The position numbers and the translations under genes were made by a program. A stretch of DNA of 64,000 nucleotides from Eledone cirrhosa (Eukaryota), in the NCBI GenBank assembly GCA_964016885.1, contig OZ024743.1, positions 149,544,001 through 149,608,000 on the forward strand, in the 5' to 3' direction. Shown piece after piece: positions 13,364 to 26,960 of the stretch. Numbering within the stretch: the stretch's first letter is position 1; the number at the start of each line of letters is the position of its first letter. The notes beneath the pieces were generated by a model that saw only the letters and a program-made list of their open reading frames with translations, was not told the DNA's origin and made no database searches.

Positions 13364-13370
<7 letters not shown>
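12695..13370 (+). mobile_element. RTE LINE 3' fragment
   Basis: KMKGRLYDAC...ERRLHWYGHAMHM...GRHRKTWDKVIKADL, then a 3' UTR ending AACCCATGCTAGCATGGAAAAC...(GAT)n. Confidence 0.9.
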
Positions 13371-13401
<31 letters not shown>

Positions 13402-14552
13402 TTGCCTATATATGTGTATGTCTATATAATTTCCAGAAATGAATTAATTTCACAGAAAATTTAATTTTTCTGCTTAGGGGAAAATTCTAAAGTTTGTTAG
13501 GAGACAGTAACAGACAGGTGATTTTTGGTTCAGAACATAAGACACATTGCAAGCAATTTCTTTTTCTTTTTTCTAAAGCCAATAAAATAATACTGGCATC
13601 ATGTCAGTTAGATATTGCCAAATTTATTTATTTAGCATGTATAATATTTTTAAAAATTAGCAATTAACAGCATGATGAAGAGCAAACAATAAAAGGATTT
13701 TTATTTTAGGCCCTAGTCCAGCAATTTGGGGGAGAGGGAAGTCAATTAAATTGACCCAGTGCTTGACTGGTAGTTTATTTAGCAACCCTGAAAGTATGAA
13801 AGGAAAAGTTGACCTGAGTGAGATTTTAATTTAGAAAAAATACTGCTGCACTTTAGTCAGATGCTCTAACAATTCTACCAATCCCCCTCCCTCAGTAAGC
13901 AAACTAACATAAATAAATAACAAGCCAAATACATATTTTCTTCATGTTAAAGGTTTTTTCTCTTTTTATTAATGTAGACCATCATAAAAGGCATTCCAAC
14001 CATAACCATCCCGTCTTTTCCAAGCATAACCATCCTGTCTTGTTAGGGATATCTAGGATGACATTTTTTGTGTCCAATCTAAAATTGATAAAGTCGGATT
14101 TAAAAAAGACTTGGCTGCTATTTTTAGCATGTTAAGTACTTGTGCATAGCATTTCTCATTGCATGTTTTCAGTGGGATCAGATGTATAGTGTAGGTGAAG
14201 TGTTCTCTAGGAATGCAATTTTAGTATGGAACAATTAGTTAGAATGTTTAGTGTGTTACCATGGAAGTGAGTAACAGTAAGAATAGCAGAAATGAGAAAA
14301 AATATATGCATCGAGTTGTTTCATGTGTGTAAAGGCAGTGTAGCATTATAGGCAGTGAATTGGCAAAATTGTTTGAGCATAGGACAAAATGCTTTGTATC
14401 ATTTGTTCCAGCTCTTAACTATGTCATTCATCCTTTCGGGGAGTTGATAATATAAAGTCCTGGCCAGAGGATAGGCAGAACTGTTGAACAAGACATCTTA
14501 CATTATTTGCTTTTGCTCTTTGCATTCTGAATTCTTGTGTAGCGAACTTAAC

Positions 14553-14714
14553 CTTTTGTCAGGTTTAATACTATCCTGCCTTTGGGTGTCATTAGCTGAG
14601 GCAGCTCTGTTGCAAGCTTTTTGGCTTTTTGAGGAAAACATTCTCCCATCCTCCTATCCATCTCTGAGGCCTCAAAAAAAAAAAAAATGGGTCTTGAGAG
14701 CTGCCCTTCACTCC
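14553..14714 (-). CDS. Candidate internal exon (162 nt, open, phase 1-1), product unknown
   Basis: Strong acceptor cttctcttctttatgtcag, donor AAG|gttaag, open frame GSEGQLSRPIFFFFEASEMDRRMGECFPQKAKKLATELPQLMTPKGRIVLNLTK. No homologue recognised. Confidence 0.35.
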
Positions 14715-15709
14715 CTGACATAAAGAAGAGAAGCATTAATGTAGAAACAGAATAGCCAACAGATATTTACTGTTTTAAGATGAATGTGTAAAAATGCATG
14801 TAAATGTAGGTATCATTTTGTATATAATTTCAAAAATTGAATATATATATATTTATCATCATCATCATCATCATCACTGTGTAATGTCCATTTTTCCATA
14901 CCAACATGGGTTAGATGAGTTGTCTACATATATAAATATGGATAGTTTTGTGGGAAGGAGTGAGCAAATTTTGAAAAATGTGATAATGTAATCATTTGAC
15001 TAACTTTAAAAATGTAAAACAACATAAAATTTATTGATATTAAAGATAAGTAGTGAATATTTTATATATTTTAAAATATTTGCTATTAAGGTGGGTAGAG
15101 CACTTTTTTGTCTCTTTGGTGAATTTGAGTAGTGACATTTCCATTCTCCAGCATAAGTTCATTGAAGCAGGTGAAGTGCCAATTATCTGGAGTTATAGAG
15201 TAGCAATATAAAAATTGAGACAGTTGGGAGATTCTGCCACATTGAAGAAAGAAGAATTTTGACATAACTGATGTTTTTGTCTGCATTCATGCACAAATAT
15301 AGTTTAGTTGTACATAGTTAAGCCACATCTTATATAGTAATAGAGATATCTTTTGTTGCCATATAATGCACTATGCATGTGTAGAAATATGTAGTTAAGT
15401 TTTTGTTTCTGTTATTACCTATGTATGGTTGTACATGTATGAGTGTGTGTATATAGACAGAAATATTTGTGTATAAATGGATGTACATAGATACATAGAT
15501 ACATACACATAAATGTAAAAGATATATGATGTACATGTTTGTGTATAAATACATGATTATATACACTTACAATAGTTATATATCACTACCAATGAGCTAA
15601 TATACATGTACGTGGGTGTGGGCTCATGATTACATGTGGGTTGTATTAGAGATGCAGACACTGATCTTTTTACATATATATGAAATATTAATTTCATGTT
15701 AAATAGATA

Positions 15710-15880
15710 AAGGTGGTGAATTGGCAGAGTTGTTAAAACATCGGATAGAATGCTTTATGGTATTCGCCCCACCTAATTGCATGCTCTGAGTTCAAATCCA
15801 GCTGGGGTCAACTTTACCTTTCATCCTTTCGAGGGCGATAAAAAAAGTACCAGTCCGGTACTGGGGTCGATTCTTCCCCT
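15710..15880 (+). mobile_element. Older SINE related to family A
   Basis: GGTGGTGAATTGGCAGAG head, GAGTTCAAATCC, CTTTCATCCTTTCGAGGGCGATAAA core. Confidence 0.75.
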
Positions 15881-18800
15881 ATAGAAAAAATCAGCTGTGT
15901 TCAGATCTGGAGAGGGTTGGGCTCTGCCAGGTTTAAAAGTGCCCTAGACATGCCGTTTGATGGTGACTCTATGACTCCACAAGGAGTTATGGGATCTTTT
16001 ATAAAATAAAAGCTCTGGCATACACACCATTTGAAATTCTCAATAAGGAATTTAGATCAAAATTTTGTCTTGTTTCAGGGCAATACTTAATCAGAGCTAC
16101 TGTTCCTAAGGCAGGGCAGGCAACCATGTCTCGCTCATCTATGTTTCATTTTGACATTATTTCTACAACTGTATGCCCTTTTTAATGCCCACCTCATTAC
16201 AGAGTGTACCAGATGCTTTCTATTGTGTCACCAGTACTAGAGTAATTATGTCCTTGACATGACTGAAGTCGTCTATGTTATTACTGTTCAAATGCTGACT
16301 ACTTTACTGGAATTCTGTATAATAGAGCCAACATTAGAGAGTTTGAGTTGTTCCATGGCAAGCATGATCAAGAGTGAAAACAGAAGGGGATTGGAGTTGG
16401 TGCTTTGTTCTAAAACAGTGTGATCAATATCGAAGATAAAGAGTGGGTCGGGCTAAGTTATATGCAGATATATAGTCATGGGTGAGGTACAATACATAAA
16501 GTTATGGGCTACATGTGGGCTGTTGGCAGAAAGTTGGCTGACAACAAGAGGTTTATGGAGAGTGGATGAATGAAAACTGGACAGCAGCAAAGTGCCAGAC
16601 GTGTATGGGTGTGGTGGGGGTGTAAGGGTAAATGATGGTTAGTGTTAGTTGTTATGATTAAGAAGGGTGAGAGCTATGATTAGCCATAGAGAATGATGAC
16701 TGAGATAGTCATTGATCAATGGGATGATGATAACAGTAAAAGTATAGGAATCAAGCAAAGTAACCTCTCACTGTAAGGTGGCATTGCCCAGGATTAATAG
16801 AAGGTGAGATGGGTATAGTGGATTAGAGCAATCAGAGGAAAGGACTTAACAGGAGCATATAATGGACCAAGAGTATCTTGAACAAAAAAAAATGACACAA
16901 GGTCATGTAAGAGTCTATGTTTCTCTATCTGATTGACTACCTGCCTATATGTATATCTATCTGTCAATCTATTGTTATCTAATGATGTATATACAGGAAA
17001 AGGACATTTGAAATTATTAAAAAGATTGATTGATCAAAACAGTATAGAACATAGATGCATGAAAGAAGAGATTTATATATTACTGGAAATTTCAGCCCCC
17101 TTCTTTTTCTTTTTTTAGAAATATACTAATGTCACGCTCCTTTACCTGGTTTAATTTTCTATTCTCATGCAACTGTAACATTAAGAAGACTCAACTTTAA
17201 TCAGTTACTTGTATTACTTTTATTGACATTCAGAAGAACTTTGGCATTGTTGATAATATCTTTGAACAATTTATATCATTGTTGTTTGTACTCTTCATAG
17301 GGGATATGATCACACTATTAAAATTACTCCATTCAATCAGGTAATGAATGTTAATCATGTAGTCAATCTCATTACATATTTAAAAATCTTTGAAATTGAG
17401 AAAGAATTAACTTAAATCTTAATTCCTTGTAAAATTGATTTACTATTAATCAAATATCTTTATATTCATAAAAAAACCTAACACTTGGTATTTTTTAGGC
17501 AAAGAATTCTTTTTGGTCCTATTTAAAGTTTTCTTAAATAAAAATTAGACCATTTATTCAGAAACCTTTAAGAATTATAATTAAAAGATTAAATTGATAG
17601 AAACGTAATTGCATTTCTTTTTCAAAAATTTACATCATACCTCTACAGGAAAAAACAGGAAAAATAATATTGCTTCTTAAAAAAATTTAAAGAACACATT
17701 AATAAGAACACATAAACTGAATCAGAGTATAACCTTTATTTTCAAAAGATTCCTATATAACACAGACTAGAATTCCAAAGGTTTATATTCTTTCTTGTAT
17801 AAGATCATCTTTTCTAATTTTCTGAAGCAAACTGTATTATACATTTATTTTTCAAAATTTTCTCTTCAAACAAAACTTAGCTTACATTCTTTTAAAGAAA
17901 ATAAAACTGAAAACAGGTCATCAGTATTCTTCTATTCTCATGTAAAAAGACTTGATTATGAAACTTTAACTCATCTGGATCAATCATATTTCTAATGAAA
18001 TACAGTTTTTAATTGATTTTGAAAATAATTAAGATTTTGAAAGAATTTATTAAAATAATTCACATTGTCATCATTATGCTGATGTTTCGAATATAAAAGG
18101 TTTTATCATAAAATTATCATGGCACATTTTAATTTAAATATGAATATTTAAAGGTTTTATGTCTTAGAATTAGAACCAGTCTCAGGCAGACTAGTGTTAA
18201 AAGGGGTAAACTTTGAATAGCTCATCTTAATTTTGGTCTCCAAGTTCCATTTCTATTGTTTCCTGTCTTGTAAATTTATTGAAACAAGAGTTATTCAATG
18301 CCTCACATCAAATAGAGCAATCTTTGCTGCTTCATCATCATCATTATATATCAGTTTCCCATGATGGCATGAGTTGGATGGGCTGTTATGACCTGAAGCA
18401 TTATTCGAAGTTACTACCCTCCTATATGGATTTTAGATGGGACCACATTATCTTCATTTGTCCCAATTCTTAGCATGGATGGCCTTGTTAACAACAATCA
18501 CTTAATAGAGTGCACTGGGTATATTTTAACATTACAGTAGCACTAGAATGTTTGCCATGTTCCTGAAAGACTGAAAATCCCTCTCTACTTTAGATTGTTG
18601 CCATTTGATTGTCAACCACTTTACAAAGTGTACTGGGTGCATGTTTTATGGTTCCTACACCAGAGAGGTTTCCTTACCTTTATGCAGCAAAAACAGTCCT
18701 TTCCACTCTACATAATCACCTTTCTAGGCAAAAGTGCCTACGAGTGTAATTTGAAGGAAAAAAGTGTCCAAGTATGGGGGCGGAGGGGGGGGGGGGGTTA

Positions 18801-21656
18801 ATGATAGGATAGTAGGAGAGAGAGAGAGTATGACATATCTATAAGTTACTTGTTGGTAAGATGGATGTTGTGCAATAGGGGTGTCATGGTGGGAGAGAGA
18901 CAGCTGATGCTGGGTAGCAATAGAGAAGTATGATGTTGAGAGTTATGGGTGATAACTAAGAATCTAATGGGAAAGAAAGTGAGAGTATAGTATGAGTGTG
19001 AAGTTGAAAAAAAAAGTGATAGAACAGTAGAAGAGGTTGGACAGTGGTAGCTATACTTTAGCTGTTAGCAGGAGATTGGACAGATAGAGTGATGGGTGTG
19101 TCATAGTGATGATTGTGTAGCTACTGAGAGTCTGGAGGGGAGTCCTGACCGACAATTAAGTCTCATGGAGAGAAAATGAAGATGATCATTATGATATTGG
19201 TATTGTATATAATTGGGAGTGTTGATCAATGAAGAAACATTATGGGATGCAGAGAGAAAATGATGGTTGGCAAGAATGAATGTGTAGATATTCCATGCCC
19301 TTCTTTGTCAGCTCAATGGTTAGATTTGAGTAAGGTGTAGTGGTATAGGGTTGTGGTAAATGAGGGATGGTGTGCTTGTCTATTTGAATATCATTTGTTT
19401 ATATCTCTTTCTATATATATATACCACTCTGTCAACCTCAGTAATCTTAATTAAAGTCTATCATAGAAATGAACACCATATGCTAGACTTTAATTAAGAA
19501 AGACCAATAAACTTATGACCATAAATTTAAAGAACCCTAATTCAAATCATCCTATGGGATAGTGAATATAGTTGTAGTTTACATGTTGCAAACATTGAGA
19601 ACATTAACAAAAGGTTGTGAATAAATCTACTATGATGAGGGCACTAATCTTAATACATAAATGTTTAATAAATATATTGGTATGATGTTCTACATTTTTA
19701 ACAAAAAGGCTTTCAGTAGAATTATAGTTGAGAACTGGAAAGTATTAATAAAGTAATGTAGTCTTTGAGAAGTATATTTGGACAGAATATTTTATGCAAC
19801 TGCTTGGAAAAAGTGATAATGCCATAAAGGAAGTGCTTTGGATTATCTGTGGTGAAGTTATTACTCTCAGCAGAACCAATATTATAATAAAAGAAGTATA
19901 GAAAGATGACTCATGGAATGGGTAATAGTCATCTCCATAATATATCAGCAAATGTATCTCCCAATTCACAATATTAAAAATAGAAACCACTACAGTTTAC
20001 CTAGATTAGCACAAATTTCATTGTATTCAAAACTCCCAAAGAAGACAACCCAGTAAAATGAATGCTAATCTGACTTATTTGATTTATTATATAACATGTA
20101 ATGATCCATAACCAGTATTGCAAATAAACAAAGCAATATTCTCTGATAACATATAATTTATTTCTAAACTATTTTTCACTCATATTGAAGAAATCGTTGG
20201 CTACTAGAATTCTCATACTAGATAGCTAAGTTTTTAAGGTAGTGGACATAGGATCCATTAACATTGTGTTCTTGTAAAAGGTGCATTCATTTCTTAGATT
20301 TGTTGTAATTTTTTAAGATATAGTTATCAGAAATTGTTCCAAATTTAGTCCTGATAAAAAGTTAAATTTCAACTATATTTGTGGGCAAACGTTAAAGTTT
20401 AGTCATCTAATGAATTAAACCATTGTACATACAGGTAACATGATATTCATATAAAACACTAACACTGAAATATGAGTCAATACTTTTCCTTACAGCAGCA
20501 CAGATCCTTGCTCCTAACAATATGTTCCCTAATGTCATACATTTAAATAGCATAATTACTGCTGCAAACTGAGATTTAACTTTATTTCACTGTAAACAGC
20601 TAGACCAATTTAAACCATATTTTGAGAGACAATTAGAGAATACTTTTTTTTTATAATTCTCTCATTTGTTATTTAATGTTTCAGCTAAAGAATAGTAAAT
20701 AATTAAAGAATCTTCACTTATTTCCAGATCTGCGCTAAGTACTAATATTTCAACACGTCACTTAGAATTCTCTCCTCTAACAGTTTTCATTTGTCTTTTC
20801 TCGTAAAAACTTCTTTTATGCCTGACTGTGTAAATACTCAATTACTTTTAAGATATTTTAAAGTGTATAAGTAAAGACACAATAAATAAGTAAATATATG
20901 AAGTGTTGAATTTATTTTTGAGATTCTAATGGCACAATGATAACAGACAGGTTATTGTCTTATACCAAAAGATTTGGTTCATTAGAAGTCTACAGCCAAG
21001 TAATAGTTTTATGTGAGTTTTATATTAAAAACATAACTGTAACTGGTCTTCACTGTAGCTCAGTATTCCACCTTAAAGCCTATACATGTTTAACTTTTTG
21101 GGGATGTCTTTTAAAAATCTTTACATTTGTTACATATGAGCATCATATACAGGTGAAGCATGGACATATTGTTAAGAAGTTTACTCCATAATCACATGAT
21201 TCCAAATTTTGTATCACTGTTTCATAATTTCTGCAGTTATACTTTGTTTTCTTTTGTCCTTCTATCTGTGCTGTTTGTTTTATCACACACACATCATACC
21301 GACAGAAAGATTTATTTTTCTATTGCACGAACCAGCATTTTAAAATAGTACTCTCAATTAAATTGTGCAAAACCATTTTGCTGATTTCAGAGTTGATGAG
21401 GGTGAAGATGTGTGTGTGTGTAAGCTTGTCTTGTACATCGCCTTTCTTTATTTCCTTCTTCCAGTCACCTCTGTGCACCAGCGCACTTCTCCTTGTCCCA
21501 ATCTTCTTTCAGTCTTTTCTATATTTTATTTGCCTGTCACCCACCTTGTGGATTGTCTCTCTGTTGACCACTAGCTGTTGATTTCCGTCCACAGGCATTT
21601 TTGCCCATTGCTGTCTTTGACAGTGTTTAGCTGTTTTAACGGCGAGTTTTCTCATT

Positions 21657-22985
<1,329 letters not shown>

Positions 22986-23132
22986 TTTATTCAGGTTTGA
23001 GGTTCACCACTGTATAGAGCTGGTCTATTCCGTATGGTCAATCGTAATGCAATAATATAGAGAGTACTCAACGTAAGGCAGTTCAACCGTCTTTGTTTTT
23101 GTAGTTGGTGGTGCTAGTACGTAGTTAAATAT

Positions 23133-23254
23133 TATAATGAAATGACAGGAGGCTGGATTTGTGTAAATCCTTGAAAGGTTTATTATACTATGATCATAGT
23201 ATAATAAACCTTTCAAGGATTTACACAAATCCAGCCTCCTGTCATTTCATTATA
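23133..23254. repeat. Perfect 122-bp palindrome with no spacer
   Basis: Arms of 61 bp centred on ...TACTATGA|TCATAGTA... at 23193/23194. Confidence 0.95.
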
Positions 23255-23263
23255 TTATATATA

Positions 23264-23354
23264 TATATTACTATTACACATCCAACGGAGCATGCATGCT
23301 TCGTTCATTTCTAGTCTGTGCAGGTCCTCTGCACGTAATGCCTATGTCTCACTG
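23264..23354 (-). repeat. 91-bp exact inverted copy of the RTE segment at 26158-26248
   Basis: Identical to that segment, including its in-frame TAG (GAGACATAG, where other copies have GAGACCTGG). Confidence 0.9.
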
Positions 23355-23545
23355 GCGGTGGATTGGCAGTATCGGTAGAGGGTCGGACGCCATGCTTTGA
23401 TGCATAGAGTTACGGCCCTTGCCATTCTGAGTTCAAATCCCGCCGAGGTTAACTTTGCCTTTCATCCTTACGGGGTCGATAAAATAAAGTACCAGTAATG
23501 TACTGGGTAATTTCTGGCCTTGTGCCAATAGTAGAAACAATTATA
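23355..23545 (+). mobile_element. SINE family A, full length
   Basis: Head, B box, core and tail as in other copies. Confidence 0.92.
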
Positions 23546-23564
23546 TTATATATATATATATATA

Positions 23565-23607
<43 letters not shown>

Positions 23608-23679
23608 ATATATATATATGTGTGTATATATATATATATGTGTGTATATATATATATATGTGTGTGTATATATATACAC

Positions 23680-23720
<41 letters not shown>

Positions 23721-23728
<8 letters not shown>

Positions 23729-23752
23729 TGTATACAGACGTACAGTAGCATG

Positions 23753-23824
<72 letters not shown>

Positions 23825-24239
23825 CAGGTACACATACATATATGCACGCATCAGTTTACCGGACGCTTATTATAGCGCCCGCTTTGTTCGTTTGTAAACA
23901 AACTGCCGCATAGTGTTAAGGCAACCACGTCACCTTTTTGTTCAACACTGACACAGGAACAATGTACTAGTTTCAAGCTTGTTAGCTATCATCAGCACCG
24001 TATACCCATCTGCCAGATAGTTGAACATTCGAAAGTATATACTTTCCTTATGAAAATTAACGGCTGAGCAGCCTAATTTGCATATCGAGTGAGTTAAATC
24101 GGTCAGGCGCACCGAAAACGATGAATTGTAATAAAATGAAAACGAAATTTCATTTCTCACTCTTAGTACGGCACTTACTTAAATGTAAGTATGTATGTAT
24201 ACGTACATACATATATGTATACAGACGTACAGTAGCATT

Positions 24240-24285
<46 letters not shown>

Positions 24286-24646
24286 CAGGTACATATACAT
24301 ATATGCACGCATCAGTTTAGCGGACGCTTATTATAGCGCCCGCTTTGTTCGTTTGTAAACAAACTGAACAGCCTGAATTTATGCCGCATAGTGTTAAGGC
24401 AACCACGTCACCTTTTTGTTCAACACTGACACAGGAATGATGTACTAGTTTCAAGCTTGTTAGCTATCATCAGCACCGTATACCCATCTGCCAGATAGTT
24501 GAACGTTCGAAAGTATATACTTTCCTTATGAAAATTATCGGCTGAGCAGCCTAAATTCAGGCTGTTCTGTTTGTTTACAAACGAACAAAACGGGCGCTAT
24601 AATAAGCGTCGCTAAACTGATGCGTGCATATATGTATGTGTACCTG

Positions 24647-24687
<41 letters not shown>

Positions 24688-24802
24688 ATGCTACTGTACG
24701 TCTGTATACATATATGTATGTATGTATACATACATACTTACATTTAAGTAAGTGCCGTACTAAGAGTGAGAAATGAAATTTCGTTTTCATTTTATTACAA
24801 TT
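23721..24802. repeat. ~490-bp unit duplicated in tandem plus an inverted partial third copy
   Basis: Unit 1 23721-24207; unit 2 24208-24553; 24554-24802 is the reverse complement of 24124-24379. Confidence 0.9.
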
Positions 24803-24903
<101 letters not shown>

Positions 24904-24919
24904 GTGTGTGTATACATAT

Positions 24920-24988
<69 letters not shown>

Positions 24989-25227
24989 TGCACCACACAC
25001 ACACACATTCATACACAATCATATACATACATCTCTATACACACTCATGCAGTATATACATATATATCAAATAAAAGAAGTTAAGACAGGATTAATTCAT
25101 CATAATTGTTTATTGCATGATATATATTTCCGTTACATGGTTATTCATGTGACTTCATCAGATGCTTATGAAATCATTGGGATATGCTGCTGGCCATGAT
25201 AACTATCCTGTAGTGATGGTAGCCGAC

Positions 25228-25272
25228 AGTGGTGTGGATGTGACTCAGTGGTAGAGCGTTCGCTTGTCATAT
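25228..25272 (+). other. tRNA-like 5' half (probable truncated SINE head)
   Basis: GTGGATGTGACTCAGTGGTAGAGCGTTCGCTTG with an A box; no T arm or B box because it runs into (TA)n and the RTE. Confidence 0.5.
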
Positions 25273-25288
25273 GTATATATATATATAT

Positions 25289-26960
25289 ACTAGCTAAAAG
25301 TAAACCCCTCTACTTAGTTTAGTAGACCTGGAGAAAGCATTTGACAGAGTCCCCCGCTCCATTATCTGGTGGGCTCTTAGAAAACTAGGTGTAGATGAAT
25401 GGCTTGTGAGAGCTATACAAGCTATGTATAAAGAAACAGTCAGTAAGGTTAGAATTAACAATGAATATTGTGAAGAATTTAGTGTAAAAGTTGGTGTTCA
25501 TTAAGGCTCTGTCCTTAGCCCTCTCCTATTTATTATTGCACTTCAGGCTATAACAGAGGAGTTCAAGACTGGCTGCCCATGGGAACTCCTATACGCAGAT
25601 GATCTAACGCTCATAGCTGAATCAATGACTGAACTAGAGAAGAAATTTCAAACATGGAAGCATGGCCTAGAATCAAAAGACCTTAAAGTTAACTTGTCTA
25701 AGACTAAAGTTCTAGTTTGTAGAAAGGAAAATAGGGCACAGGTACCCTCAGGGAAATGGCCATGCTCAGTGTGTAGGAAAGGAGTAGGCAGAAATTCCAC
25801 TTAATGTCCCAAATGCAAAGTATGGGTACATAAAAGATGTAGTGGGATCACAGGTAAACTATTTAAGAATGTAGACTTCATATGTGGCCAATGCTCAGGT
25901 GCAATAAGTAGCAAGTGTCCACAGGATACTAGCTCCTTCTATTGCCCAGATGGTTCTATAGAAATAGTGGACACTTTCCGTTACCTGGGTGACGAAATCA
26001 GCAGAGGTGGAGGGTGTTCTGAAAGTACAGTAGCCAGAGTCAGAAAAGGATGGAAAAAGTTCAGAGAGCTTATACCGCTGTTGGCCACAAAAGGTTTCTC
26101 TCAAAAAATAAAAGGCAGATTGTATGATGCCTGTATACGAACAACAATGCTACATGGCAGTGAGACATAGGCATTACGTGCAGAGGACCTGCACAGACTA
26201 GAAATGAACGAAGCATGCATGCTCCGTTGGATGTGTAATAGTAATATACGTGAACGGCAAAGCATAAATGAACTAAGTGAGAAATTAGGAATAAGAGGGA
26301 TTAGATGCTGTTTACTTGACAGAAGACTACGTTGGTATGGCCACGTGATGCGCATGAAAGACGACAGCCGTATAAAAAAGTGCAGGGCGATCAAAATTGA
26401 TGGTAGTTATGGAGTAGGTAGACCCAGAAAAAACTGGGATGATCTCATAAATTCCGACCTTACACACTTGTACCCCTCTAAGACCATGTCACTGGACCGA
26501 GATCTTTGGTGCTACGTAGTAATACAGAAGACCTGCCTTGCCTATGTACAAAGTGAAACCTACAGTCAGTAGGCACCTCTTTACCAAATATGCACCCCAA
26601 TCCACTACCCCTACCCTATCCTCCCACTCCCACCAACACCACCCTCTCTCTGTAAAGTTGGTACCACAACATCCAGTCCAAATAAATGAGATAATGAGAT
26701 CGAGATCGTGTAGGTGTCACGACAAAAAATACACAGTCCACGCTGTAATGTTGCCATGTAGGTAACACGGTAAAAAGTTCCCAGTTCCACACTGTAAATG
26801 TGGTTGGTGTTAGGAAGGGCAACGAGCTGTAGAAAACCTGCCAGATAGTTCTATCTGAGCGAGACACAGTCACCCAACCAACCTTGCCTCAAGTGGGATA
26901 ACACCCGTCTAACCCATGCTAGCTTGGAAGATGGATGTTAAATGAAGATGATGATGATGA
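25289..26960 (+). mobile_element. 5'-truncated RTE LINE (RT core, PHD-like finger, C-terminus, 3' UTR), inactivated
   Basis: [86 protein letters not shown]; (GAT)n tail; several stops. Confidence 0.95.

Noticed and set aside
16300-19380. Purine-rich stretches at ~16300-16900 and ~18800-19380
   Set aside because: Probably very old retroelement remnants, but I could not read any diagnostic motif.
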